DNA from: Octopus sinensis
Taxonomy: Eukaryota
NCBI RefSeq assembly: GCF_006345805.1
Contig: NC_042998.1
Coordinates: forward strand, 9,052,001-9,116,000
DNA: 64,000 nt
Direction of reading: 5' to 3'
Translations under genes and position numbers: made by a program
Notes under the pieces: model-generated
What the model was told of the DNA's origin: nothing
The model's input: the letters and a program-made list of their open reading frames with translations, nothing else
The model's database searches: none
In this document: positions 12,646 through 25,667 of the stretch, in pieces
How the letters are laid out: every line of letters starts with the position of its first letter
Numbering within the stretch: position 1 is the stretch's first letter

Positions 12646-13127
12646 TCAATATAGGGTGGCAAAAAATTTCGTAGAATTTTTTTGCCACCAGCGGCAAAAA
12701 ATTCTACGAAATTTTTTGCCACCCTATATTGATTAATTATGAATTTTCTGGTTAATTCCGTAATGGAATCGGCGGCTTATATTTGCTGCCGATAAATTTG
12801 GCGCGAGTGCGATGATTTGAAAATTTTAGGTCAGATATTGCCGAGACAGTGATAGAAGTGCCTCGTGTAAATATCTGCTCCGATCTGGCTGTTCTTTACT
12901 GACGAATCTATCGGCCTATGGAAGACTAGCTTGATTTAATTTAATTTAATTTAATCAGGTTAGTTTACCATTAAACAATAGATGAAACGGTGCATCGTAT
13001 AAGGAACTACAGGGTAAATGTTTTTTTAATTTTCTCCTGGTTTGCGGAATTAATGTTGTTTTGCGGTTGAAGCTTTGGCTGTTATTTCTAGTGGGTGAAT
13101 GGCCTATTATGGCCGTTCCTTGATTTG

Positions 13128-13163
<36 letters not shown>

Positions 13164-13519
13164 CAAAATGGGTCAAGAACGCAAAACATCTGGACAGCTA
13201 GGGGATATTAAAAGGGACAGCAAAACATCCAGATAGATGATACAAAGAAAACAAGGACTGGTCATTTGAAATCATTGCAGTTTTTAAGTTACGAAACAAT
13301 TTGTCATGATATTAGAATTTTCTTATTGTTAAATAAAATTTCATCAATTTCTGTCATTTATGACTTTATACACTCCTTATCATTTTCTCTTGTATCATAC
13401 TATATATTCTACACATACGCGCACATATAAATATATATATATGTATGTATAACAAATAATTTTGTTTCTGTCATTACTATTGTATAGTATTGTAATATTG
13501 AATTGATTTTAATTTCCAG

Positions 13520-13603
13520 TCAGTGGTCCAGTCGAGGCAGATCCAGAATATAAACTCATTGTTGAAGCTAATAACATGACTGTTGAGATCGATACAGAAA
13601 TCA
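13520..13603 (+). CDS. PRPF31: Prp31 coding exon 3 (VSGPVEADPEYKLIVEANNMTVEIDTEI)
   Basis: Conserved GPVEAxPEYxxIVxANN motif. AG/GT boundaries, 84 nt. Confidence 0.96.
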
Positions 13604-16379
13604 GTAAGTGATTTTGTTTTACCTTTGTTTGCATAGACTAGGGTAGTGTTTGGGGTGGTAAATTTGGACATTTCTATATTGCTGAAGTGAGATGGGGTTT
13701 TTTTTTTTCTAACTATTTTCTCAGTTATATATTTTTCCTACTGCAAACCGCTCACTGTGAAGTTGATCTTGGCAAGCTGAGTTGTTATGTATCTAACTCA
13801 CCTGGCTCAAAGACTTAACACAGCAGGTGTGTTGAGATTTTTAATCCATGACCAGTAATGGTTTCTAACATCAATGCAAAGCTATAGTTTATTATATTGG
13901 TGTGTGGGGTGTAGATTTGGTCAACTACAGTTCTTGACTGGGGCACTACTGTCAAGACTTCTAGTCAGTCATATCAACCCCATTGACTATTTCAGATTGG
14001 TACTTATTTTTATCAAATGGTTACAGTTACTCTGTTGTGTCTGGGGAGGGTCATTTTCTTTTTGTGCCTTATAATGTAACACACTCACTGGTAAAATTTC
14101 CACTTATTTTTTTATTTTTATTTTCCTAAAATTTTCGTTGCGTCTTGCAACCTTTCCATTAGTCTTGACAGTTACCTTTTGATGAAAAGAGGCATTATAG
14201 TATACTAATATGTACACACACAGTCTCTGACTGCCAGATTATACTCACAAAACGTCAACCCAGAGCATCAAAGAAAACAGTTTCCTGAGGGGCTGCACAG
14301 TGGTTTTGTTTATGGAACCACATGATTATGAAGAAAAACGTTTTAACCACACATCTAATCGTTGTGTCAATAATAAAAATTATTTCTACTTCAAACTTCT
14401 CTCATCCTTGCAAACATGGAACCTCATGCATGGAAACTAAGTGGGTGAAGAAATTATTGTAGCCTCAGATGAACCTCATGACACTATCAGGTACTTAAGT
14501 GACCTAATTAGTGCTGGACGTGGTTGTAGAAAAGCACAGTAGCCAGAGTAAGAAAGGACGTTGAGGAATTTGACAACAAAAATGATCCCACTTATACATG
14601 AAAAGCAAACTGCATGAAACGTATGTAAGAAATGGATGCCGCTTGGTAGCAGAATCTATCTCTGGTTATTGCATGTGGAAGCTGGGGAGAAATCTAAGTG
14701 GGCTTCATATACTGGATATGCTGTGTTAACTGCATGAGAAGCTGAAAAAGTAGGCAAGCATTAAAAGTGTTGTCGTGCATATATACAAGGGAGACAACTA
14801 TACTGATCTCATTCAACGTCCACTTTCCTTCCATGCTTGCATGGATTAGACCAGTGCTTTTCAAACTTTTTGCTGGAGTGGAACCCCAAGGGAACATTCC
14901 ACTGGCTTGAGGAACCCCTGTGCAATAATTTAATAGTTTTATGCACACATATCTGCACAGGAGAATTAAAAATTACTGCCGATTTTTGAAGTTTTGTAAC
15001 TTTTTGCGGAACCCTGGTTGAAAACCACTGGATTAGACAATATTTGAGGCAGATTTTCTATGGCTAGATGCCCTCCCTACAGCCAACCCTCACCTATTTC
15101 CAGCCAAAGTAATACTTCCCCGTGACCAGACATTTTCATGCAGAATATTGGAAATGAATGACACTGTATGACAATAACACTCATTTACATATATCAAACG
15201 ATTTCAAGATAAGGAAACTCACACAGTCATATCTACATAACAAATTTCTTTCAGTTTCCATCTACTAAATCCACTCACAAGGCTTTGGTCAGCCTAAAGT
15301 AGATGACACTTGCCCAAGGTGCCATGCAATGAGACTGACCCAGGCAAACCTCACCATGCAGCAATGCCTGCACCTCTGACTGTGAAAATTCTATTTGCTG
15401 TCAGTAGAGATCATCATCATTATCGTTTAACGTCCGCTTTCCATGCTAGCATGGGTTGGACGATTTTGACTGAGGGCTGGCGAACCAGGTGGCTGCACCA
15501 GGCTCCAGTCTGATCTGGCAGAGTTTCTACAGCTGGATACCCTTCTTAATGCTAATCTCTCCAAGAATTTAGTGGGTGCTTTTACGTGCCAGTTAGGTGG
15601 TACTGGCAACAGACACACTCAAATGGTGTTTTTTACGTGCCACCTGCGCAGGAGCCATCATCATCGTTTAACGTCCTCTTTCTATGCTAGCATGGGTTGG
15701 ACGATTTGACTAAGGACTGGCGAACCAGATGGCTGCACCAGGCTCCATGTGTCCAAAAGGAAAACGTTGGGGTGAAGCATTATAGCCAGACCCCAAGATA
15801 CTAGACTTCAAAGAAAAGATGCAAAAATATGACTGGAATGGTTGGTACTGACACTAATGAGATTGCCATGTAGCTTGCAGGAGTAAGATTCCTTTCAACT
15901 GAGTAGGACTGCAGTAGAGAGGTAGGTAGCTTTATGGTAAGTTATGAAAGAAAGGGCTAGAACAGGTTTCTTACTGTAGACTGGGAGTTAACAGGGTGGA
16001 GTTAGAAAGGGAGCTGAGGATGGAGGTTTGGAGACAACAGGTGTAGTAGGAAGAGGATGCAAGTGTGTATGGGGGTGAGTGAGGGATGAGGAAGTGGAGG
16101 CAGGAGAAGGAGGAGACCCTCTTCGGTCATGAATGACCATGGGATTGCACCTAGAAAGTTACCCTCCGAGGCGCAGGTCCAGGCAAGGTTGTTTGTGGAA
16201 GGCCAGCAGTCGCCCATGCATACTGGCCTCTCCTCTCCACACCACTGATGTTATCCAAGGGAAAGGCAGTGGAGACAAATATACTGAATCAAATATACTG
16301 ATCAATAAAAAACTAATAGTTGGGAGGAAGGTAGGAGAGAGATGATGAATGTAGAGATTGGATATGGCTAAGGAGTGAA

Positions 16380-16780
16380 GAGTAAAAATTACCTTGTTTT
16401 CAGCTCTACAACAATGTCCAGCAAACTGGACTCTTCTACCTTTCACAAAAGATGATACAGGTGGTAGTTTCCCATATATTTGTACTTTGGTTGGATGACG
16501 CTTCCACGAGAGATTTTGAGCTCTCATAAGGAGGCGAGTGTAGGTTCCATCCAACCGCTTCTCAAGCTTCTTTGATAACGTCCAGGTTTCTGAGCCATAT
16601 TGTAGAATGGAAGCCATCTGCTCGTGATACCAGAGGGCGAACACTCTCCTACCCTGATGTAATCTCCAGGGAAACAGGCATCCAGCAACGGGACCTCCGT
16701 AATGCTATGATGGACCGTGAAGTCTGGCGTAACATAGTAAATTCCATTGTCTCAACCACGGTTGAACAATAATGATGATG
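16380..16780 (+). mobile_element. Second RTE family, 5'-inverted insertion with 10 bp TSD AAGGAGTGAA
   Basis: Minus-strand ILQYGSETW...FAGHCCRAENKV joined at about 16608 to plus-strand WKPSARD...VEQ* and a tgatgatg tail. TSD at 16370-16379 and 16781-16790. Confidence 0.88.
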
Positions 16781-16954
16781 AAGGAGTGAAAATAATGAAT
16801 GGTGAACCTATGTATATATGTAATTGATAGAAAGCTTCTGATAGAATTAGTTAATGAAAACTATTTTAAAATTCAAAACTGATGAAAGTAATACTACATA
16901 CTTTGCATTAGACATAAACGCTTTTTTTTTTGTTTTGTTTCTTTTAATGAACAG

Positions 16955-17052
16955 ATGTTATTCATAAGTTCACCAGAGACCACTATGCAAAACGTTTCCC
17001 AGAATTGGAGTCACTCATCCCTACTCCAATGGAATATGTGAAAACTGTAAAA
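16955..17052 (+). CDS. PRPF31: Prp31 coding exon 4 (NVIHKFTRDHYAKRFPELESLIPTPMEYVKTVK)
   Basis: Conserved KRFPELESL motif. acag acceptor, gtaagt donor, 98 nt, ends in phase 0. Confidence 0.97.
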
Positions 17053-17073
17053 GTAAGTTTTAGTCTTCTTTAA

Positions 17074-17293
17074 CCCTTTAGTGTTTAAACCGGCCATACT
17101 AGGCCAAAATTGTCTTCCTGTTTTATGCCCAAACCAGCCAGCTCTGACCTCTCACACCTACCCTACAAAGTCATTCTAAAAATAAACAGGGACATCATCA
17201 ATATTCCAGAGTTACAAGATGCTGTACAATTAATTTAAAACAATGTGATTAAACAGGCTTTACATTTGACAGAGTAATCTGAATGCTAAAGGG
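17074..17293. mobile_element. piggyBac-like MITE (related copies 24569-24789 and about 30105-31000; another family 37094-37299)
   Basis: TTAA|CCCTTTAG...CTAAAGGG|TTAA termini. This copy sits 21 nt past the exon 4 donor. Confidence 0.75.
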
Positions 17294-17526
17294 TTAATCT
17301 ATATGTTTTTGCCATGATGTGGTTATAAGTTTGTGGAAGTGTAATTTGAATTCCAATTAAGTATTTTTTTCATTTCCATTTCTAACTCTTAGAATAAACT
17401 CAGAAAATTTCTGTTTTACATTTCCTGCATGTTGGATGTTTTAAGAATTCAAATGTTTGCAGGAAACTTCTCTCTGTATACCATTTTCCTTTAACAGTCA
17501 GAATTCGTTGTGTGTGTCTATACATA

Positions 17527-17697
17527 GGCGCAGGAGTGGCTGTGTGGTAAGTAGCTTGCTAACCAACCACATGGTTCCGGGTTCAGTTCCACTGCGTGGC
17601 ATCTTGGGCAAGTGTCTTCTGCTATAGCCCTGGGCCAACCAATGCCTTGTGAGTGGATTTGGTAGATGGAAACTGAAAGAAGTCTGTCGTATATATG

Positions 17698-17728
<31 letters not shown>

Positions 17729-17928
17729 GTGTGTTTGTGTCTGTCTCCCTAGCATTGCTTGACAACCGATGCTGGTGTGTTTATGTCCCCGTCACTTAGC
17801 GGTTCGGCAAAAGAGACCGATAGAATAAGTACTGGGCTTACAAAGAATAAGTCCCGGGGTCGATTTGCTCGACTAAAGGCGGTGCTCCAGCATGGCCACA
17901 GTCAAATGACTGAAACAAGTAAAAGAGT
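17527..17928 (+). mobile_element. tRNA-derived SINE family A, full length
   Basis: ggcgcaggagtggctgtgtgg head through to the gtaaaagag tail. Confidence 0.88.
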
Positions 17929-18453
17929 ATATGGTCATTTGCATTTCTTAGGTCACTGCCCTCAAGAGAAAAGAGATGACCACCCTCAATCTTTAACAAT
18001 GAATGTTTGTTGGGATTCCTTTTATCACAATTATATTTTAATCTATCCATTTTTATCTTCGTGAGTTGGGAGAAAAACTATTCCTTGATCATTTGCTGCA
18101 TAGCAAAAATATCTACAGTTGAATTTTAATCATCATTTTGCTACAAATTAAATAAACAAGAAATACAATTTCTCCCCATAGACACAGGTATTGCTTTATA
18201 TGTGTGTGTGTGTATTTTTGTAGTAGACAGGATACATATTCTGTATAATTAGTTCTTTGTAATCAAGAAAAAAAATTCAGAAAATTATGGAAATTATTAG
18301 TGTCCTTTCTATTGAACTGTAGATGGGAATAATGAAAACAGCACATTGGATATATATCTTCTAGTGTAAACTTCTTATAAGGAAAGCAATTGCAATATAT
18401 GTTATTTGTTACTGTCAATGGCATTTTTAAATAGATTTGTATGTCTTTTGCAG

Positions 18454-18562
18454 GAATTGGAAACAACATTTTGGAGAAATCAAAAAGCAATGAAGTGTTA
18501 CAAGAAATTTTGACCCCTGCCACATTGATGGTTGTTAGTGTAACATCTTCCACAACACAAGG
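18454..18562 (+). CDS. PRPF31: Prp31 coding exon 5 (..GNNILEKSKSNEVLQEILTPATLMVVSVTSSTTQG); 1 nt short of frame as assembled
   Basis: Conserved LQxILTxATxMVVSVTxSTTQG. tgcag acceptor at 18453, gtaata donor at 18563. The 109 nt length is incompatible with the flanking phases (110 or 128 nt needed). Confidence 0.9.
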
Positions 18563-18775
18563 GTAATAACTGATTGTTCAGTGCAAATCATCATTATTAT
18601 TTATCATTATTTTTGCAGAAGTAGATAAACAAAACTGACAAGTTTTCATTGATTCAATATAACTAATAAAGAGGTTCTTCATTCTTGTGTTCTCATTAAA
18701 AGAGAATATCAGACTGTTATCTTTATCTTTTACTTGTTTCAGTCATTGCCAACCACTTTACTGGATGTATAGAGT

Positions 18776-19284
18776 ACTTAGTTAGTTAGTTAATTTTTTT
18801 TGGCTCAAAAAGCAAACAGCAAGGCCATGTAGGGGGACATGGAGTTATGTACAGGGTGGTGTTCATGTAAAGAGGTCAAGGGAGACTTTGAACCAAGCGG
18901 TCGTCAGCATCTTGTACTTGTGGCAACATTCACCCTGGGCGGGTTGAGTCGGCTTCTTCTATTAATGGAAGAAGTTTCGTGGGAATATGTGGATTTCACA
19001 AGCGGTCCCCAACAATCCCGCATGTGGAGACATCCTGTTTGCCACAGATTGTCCGCAGACGCAGGGACAGAACGACCGATGAGCCGCCGGTTGCCAAAGC
19101 AGACACTCCGAGGATTTTCACCAGAGCCCCGTCTGCCGGGTTGTTGCCCTAATACCACTCGATGTCAGACCAATCCGCCTTGGGTGGCCCTACCAGGAAC
19201 TGAAGTTCCCGGCGGCATAGCTGTGACACTACCCGTTACCAGCGTCCCCACCACGGTGAGGAGGGGATGGACTTTGGGGACGCA
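18776..19284 (-). mobile_element. Non-autonomous retroposon: GC-rich structured 5' part plus CR1-type 3' end with (AACT)n tail; 11 bp TSD ATGTATAGAGT
   Basis: TSD at 18765-18775 and 19285-19295. The 3' 150 nt are shared with 61866-62050. Confidence 0.8.
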
Positions 19285-20190
19285 ATGTATAGAGTGCATT
19301 TTATCAAGGCACCAGTACTAATGTGCCCTGATGAAACGGACTCAATTCACTCTGTAAAATGGTCAGCAAACCAAGCAGAGACAACTTAGGATCAAGAGGT
19401 CTCTTTAGTCTTGCTGAGAGCAAGAAACCTCTCTGGTGCTGATGCCACAATATAATTCACCCAGTTCGCTCCACTGCAAAAACCAAGCCAAAACTGAGAT
19501 GTGTTCCTCCAACCCATCTATGAGGGTAGAAACTCCAAATAAGAACTGGTGCAGATCATGTCAAACCTTCTAACCCATGCCAACATAGAAAATGGCCTTG
19601 AAATGACAATAATAATGATGACGATATCCAATCAAATTTAATATTTTTGAACAGAGTTAGAATGCTATCTTTCAAAGCATTGAACCATTTTTGTGTTATA
19701 GTAGTTCCATATAGACAAACAGAAACACCAGCGGAGACCAACATCTCATATTTCTCTCTCTCTCCCTTTATTTTCCCCAGGGGGTAAAATTATAACTTTT
19801 AATTGCAAGGCTATCCCAGCTGATAGCTATTTTACAGATTATCAAAGTGTGGCAAGTTGGTAGAAGTAGCAAGACACCAAGTTAAAATGATGTACCGTCT
19901 CTTTCCTCTCTGTCTCTCTCTCTTCAATCTGCAAATGTTGACATTGGTTATTCATCTCACTATAATCAATAAAAAACTAAGTAGTGTGATTGGGAAGAGT
20001 CAGTCATCTATAATAATGATTCAATCATCCTCAAGGCAAATATTGGTTCTGTGCCAAATTCTAATAAAAGATTAGAAACAACTCATTCACCTTGATTTTA
20101 AGATTATTCTTATTAATCCTTTCATCTTTGCATACAATATATCTTTTTTTTTTTTTTACCCACTTTCTTTCTCTCTCTTTCTCATTGCAG

Positions 20191-20242
20191 GACAGAATTA
20201 ACAGTTGAAGAAATGGATCGTGTCATTGAAGCATGTGACATG
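20191..20242 (+). CDS. PRPF31: Prp31 coding exon 6 (TELTVEEMDRVIEACDM)
   Basis: Long polypyrimidine tract plus tgcag acceptor, gtaaac donor. EACDM is conserved. Confidence 0.95.
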
Positions 20243-20977
20243 GTAAACCACTTAATTTCTTTCTATTATTTCAATGAAATTGATTTTTTGATTATTATTA
20301 TTATTGTGGCATTATTTCTATGATGTATCATATAATTATGACTATGACACATTATATAACCATAACTATGTTGTATCATATAATTAATAGTCATAATAAA
20401 TATTTTAGTGCTACATCCACTAAAGAATGATTATTACTATAGTTGACTGACATTCAAATGATTTTCCTAAGAAGAGTTTTTACATTAAACATTCTGGGTA
20501 TACTACAGTGTTGCAATCTGTTATCATAACAAGAGCCAAGGAAAAAATCACACTGGTCATATAAAAATAAGCCAAGAGCTTGAGGTTGTCCTCATCTTGG
20601 TTGTTATAGCCACAGCTGTTCAGCTGTTGTATTCTTCAGACTTCTTCAGGTGCTTGGTATGTACAGTAGCATTCTAAAATTTCAAACTGAACTCTATTAA
20701 ATCTAACCCCGCTTTCCATTGTCCATATTAATGATATTCTCCTATTAGTTGCTGTTCAATCTATGATGCCTCTTGCTCATTCCACTTAAGCCAGGGTATA
20801 TAATGTTCGTGAAGGCATGTGCCCTGTGATAAGGGTGTTGGATTTATGATCATAACATTGTGCTTTCAATTCCTGGACTGGGCATTGCGTTGTGTTCTTG
20901 AGTAAAACACTTCATTTCACATTACTCCAGCCCACTCAGCTGGCAAAAACAAATGAGTAGGTGTATGTAAAAAAAAA

Positions 20978-21653
20978 AATAATAATAATAAAACATTGTG
21001 TACAGTGCTCAGGTGCACTACAACTCATCTAAAGTGTATGTATAGTACATAGGGGTAATGTACAAGCGTCAGGAAAAGAACAGTGCATGAGTCATGACAT
21101 ACACATATGTGCATGAGTATGGAAGGGGGACAATCAGGTGTAGTTTCGGCAGATTTCGGAAAGCATGAGAGCCTTAAAGGATGCAGTTTGTTCCATGCTT
21201 CAGCAACTCTGAGCGTGAAAAAATGTTTCTGAAAGTCATGGGAGCTGTGTTGTTTTCTGACTTTGTAGGCATGTCCACGTGTGTTGGACACATGGGGATC
21301 AAAAAGGTGTTCAGTGTTGTTGTTGGTAAGGTGGTTGATAACTTTGTGGGTGTTTACCAAGTCCATCGCCAGATGCTGGAGCTTCAGTGAATCCATGCCC
21401 AGGGAAACAAGGCGCTCAGAGTATGGTGGTGTCTGATGGAGGGTATGCGTTTGGTTGCACATCTCTGAACAGATTCCAGGAGGTCAATGTTCTGAGCAAG
21501 ATAGGGGTTCCAAACTGATGATGCGAATTCCAAGTGTGGTCGTACCATAGCTGTATACAGTTTTAAATAGATGGCTGGAGAGCGGCTAACAAAAGTCTTG
21601 CCAAGACACCCTCGGCCTTCTTGACAATTTTAGAGATATGCTTTGTCCAACAC
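20978..21653 (-). mobile_element. Same LINE family, 5'-truncated minus-strand copy (long-UTR variant)
   Basis: Reverse complement of the RT C-terminus (YSERLVSLGMDSLKL...) plus 3'UTR and tail. Confidence 0.9.
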
Positions 21654-22590
21654 AATGTATACCACAGAAACTTGGAAACTGGATCTTATGAGTTCATAGG
21701 GCTCAAGAAGGATGCTTTATCCTTATGTATTGTTTGACTGAACCAGGGATTGAACTTACACCTACTACTTAAACTATTACACTTAATACTTAATCAACAC
21801 ATATGTATTATCCCATTGTCCTTTAGGACAACTGAGTTTTGTAAATTAGAATCTGTAAACCTAACTTTTATTGTCTTTTTTTTTATCCAGTTGATGTATA
21901 AAATTGTTGGAAGCACTCTGAGCACTCTATTGTTGGAAGCACTCTGTAGCAAAATGCTACAGTACCATAAAACTATTTTCATCAGTATCTCATTTATAGA
22001 GTGGCTGTGTGGTTAAGAAGTTTGCCTCCCAACCACATAGGTTCAAGTTCAGTCCCACTTGTAGCACCTTTGACAAGTGTCTTCTATCATCATCAAATTG
22101 TTGTGAGTGAATTTCTTAAACAGAAACTGAAGGAAGCCTGCCATACATGAATACATGTGTTAGTGTCTCCTTGTCTCGACGTCGCAAGATAATTGTAAAT
22201 AATAGTCATTATCATACAAGCAGTGTCATTCATTTTCATTTTTCTGTGAAAACATGTCTGGTCATGGGGAAAATATTACCTTACTTGGAAACAGGTGAGG
22301 GTTAGGGCCTGGAAATGCATTCGGCTGTAGAAAATTTGTCTCAACAAACTCTGTCGCATTCAAGCACTGAAAAACAATCGTTAAAGCAACAATAATGATG
22401 ATGATTATTTTGTGTAATTATTTACCACAAGAGCAGAAATTTACATGTAATTTACATGTAATTTATATGTAATTTATTTGTTGTGTATGTAGTTTAAGTG
22501 GTACATTTTATCTCATTCTCAGTTTTTTGTGATATTCTTACAAATATGATGTTTGAAATTTTTTTTATTTTTGAACTTTTTATCTGCTAG

Positions 22591-22708
22591 GCTATTGACT
22601 TGAATGACTACAAACAGCGTATTTTCCACTATGTAGAGTCTCGGATGAGCTTTATTGCACCCAACATCTCTACAATTGTCGGTGCCTCAATAGCTGCTAA
22701 ATTGATGG
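22591..22708 (+). CDS. PRPF31: Prp31 coding exon 7 (AIDLNDYKQRIFHYVESRMSFIAPNISTIVGASIAAKLM)
   Basis: Nop-domain motif YVESRMSFIAPN. AG/GT boundaries, 118 nt. Confidence 0.97.
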
Positions 22709-25667
22709 GTAAGAATTTTTCTTTTCATTTTGCAATTTCTGCAAGTAGATAACCTTAACAGTCTGGGAAGACTTGCAAATGATATGGCACTGTCCTTCTT
22801 TCCTGATCTAAATGGTTCTTCTACTATAGGCCCAAGGCCTGAAACGTTTCAAGTGGGTGGTCAGTAACACCAAAACCTAATGCTTAACTGGTACTTTTGT
22901 AGCCCCCAAAAGGATGAAAAGCAAAGTTGGCTTTGGCAGTTTTTGAACTCAAAAAAGTAATACACTACTGAAAACACAGTTTTCTTTCTCTCAAACTATG
23001 AAAATCTTTCTTTTGTTGTTTTTTTTTTTCCATTTATTTGGAAAACTTGAACTTTATGAATTACATCTCACCTTTAAACATTTCTACTCTACTGGAGTCT
23101 ATTCAGGCTATAAGCTCCGTCAGCCTCTTTTGTATTAGACATCATATTATGCTAGCACCGCCTGATTGGTGTCTGTGTCGGTGACACATGAAAAACACCA
23201 ACCAATTGTGGCCGTTTGCCAGCCTCCCCTGGCCCCTGTGCTGATGGCACGTAAAAAGCACCCACTACACTCATGGAGTGGTTGGCATTAGGAAGGGCAT
23301 CCAGCTGTAGAAACACTGCCAGATCAGACTGGAGCCTGGCACAGCCTCCTGTCTTCCCAGACCTCGGTCAAACCGTCCAACCCATGCTAGCATGGAAAAC
23401 AGATGTTAAATGATGATGATGATCACATGGAATAAACTATGGTGCTTTGTATACCATCATATAAACCTATGCTTTTGTGTCTTTGTCAGTGTATTGAGAG
23501 AGCCTCTATGTGGTTGCACAATCTGCTAGAAAAAGTAGCCATGTCTTTCTCATATCACCTCCTTTTTTCTTTAAAAATGGAAAAGACATAGATAATGCTG
23601 ACCAAGGTAAACTGCCTGAAAACAAGAGGACTGTTATGGCTGGAATGCCTTGGTCTGCACAATCAAGGTAGACCTGGGACTAAGCAACAATAATAACTAT
23701 GTAATGATTTAGTGGCACAAGTTAAGCAACCAAGTTTCTTTAAAAATACCTGCAAATAACTAAACCTGGGACATGGTTGTTTGTATATACTGAAATTTGA
23801 AGTCACTTGTTTAGTTGAAGGTTTCACTTTGTAACTACATGGTGTAGGGTTCAGTTCCTTTGCATGTCAGGTTGACCAATGCCTTGTAAATGGAATTGTT
23901 AGATGGAAAATTTAAAAGGCTTGTCATATATCCATAAATTTGGATGTGTGCATGAGTGTGGTCACCATACATAGTGCCTTTGTTTGCAATCTGTCCAGAA
24001 AACATGTCTAACCTTTGAGCTAGTCATTATTTCAAGGACTAATTATTAATTTAATTGCAAAGAGTTCAGAGATTGACAGGAAGAGTTTCCAGTTGTTGAA
24101 AATTTGCCTCAAAATGTTCCATCTGATCCATACCAACAGGAAAAGTTGTTAAAACAAGGACGGGAATGAATTTTTTGTCTCTTTTCCTGTGTAGTGATTT
24201 CACTATTGCTTGGTTCTTTTTATTGAAATTTGATCCTAACAAATTCTGTTGACTCATTTATACAATTTTTCAATATTTCTTAGGAAAATTGAAAACTGAA
24301 TTTATTCCATTCATTACCATATTTTTGTTGCAACACTGCTTGTTTTTTCAATTAATTTTGAAAATAATTAAAAATTTATCAAAATCTCTTTGTCATTATT
24401 ATGCTGGTGTTTGGAACTTAATTTAACATGAAATTTTGATGGCAGGTTCTAATTTAAATCACTTTAACCATTTTACTGTGAAATTAAATTTTGTGGCTAT
24501 TCCAGTAAAGATGTTAAATATCTATCAAAAAATAGTATTGATATTTTCTGCGAGTTACATGGCCTTAACCCTTTAGTGTTCGCATTATTCTGCCAAAATT
24601 AATGCTTCTTTATCCATATTGTTTTGAATTAATCATGCATTATCTTGTAGCTATGAGATTTTGATGAGGTAGCTGTTAATTTTAAAAATGATATTGTAGG
24701 GTTGGTGTGAGAGACCAGATAGGGCTAGTTTGAACATAAAACAGGCAGAATACTTTTGGCCGGATATGGCCAGTTTAAATGCTAAAGGGTTAATAAATTT
24801 GAGATATATCAACAAAAAATATTTTCAAACATGAAGACCCAACAAATAAAGTGAGTTCATGGCTCACAGGACGGCCTGCTGTGCTTACCTTGGATCATAG
24901 GGTGACCTGGTGTGCTTGAGGAGACCTATTGAGTCAAGTATATCAAGATCAAAATAAAAATCAAATGGAAATTGTAGTTGTGATACCCGTGCCAGTGGCA
25001 TGTAAAAAACACCATCCGAACTTGGCCGATGCCAGCGCCACCTTGACTGGCGTCTGTGCTGGTGGCACGCAAAAAGCACCAACCGATCGTGGACGTTGCT
25101 AGCCTCCTCTGGCCCCTGTGCTGGTGGCACATAAAAAGCACCCACTACACGCATGGAGTGGTTGGCATTAGGAAGGGCATCCAGATCAGACTGGAGCCTG
25201 GTGCAGCCTCCTGGCTTCCCAGACCCCGGTCGAACTGTCCAACTCATGCTAGCATGGAAGACAGACGTTAAACGATGATGATGACATTCCTCAACAGAAG
25301 ATAGCTTGGTATATAAAACTGTTTTCTGATGTTCAGTGAAATGAAATTTTGAGTTGATATAACTGGTTTCTGCAGTAATAGGAAATTCATATCATAGAGC
25401 CAGGGACAGTCTAGACATGTTGATAGCAAAAACATTAAGAACTATTAAATAGTCCTTAGATTCCGTAATTGTTTAAATCTTTCTAATATAAGCACAAACT
25501 CCAAAATCAGAAATTTATTGTACAAAATACATTCTTTTACCATTATGCCTCTGGTATTTTTCTTGTCACTGTATCACATTAGAAACTTGTTTCTTTTCAG
25601 ATAACACTGTTAAATATTTCAATTAAACATTTAATTTCTTAAGCATTTAAATTTTTACATTTTACAG

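Noticed and set aside
17527-17600. tRNA genes at SINE heads
   Set aside because: A and B boxes are present, but there is no cloverleaf and the heads continue into SINE bodies.
18839-19321. 160 aa plus-strand ORF
   Set aside because: It is antisense to a TSD-bounded retroposon and has no recognisable motifs.
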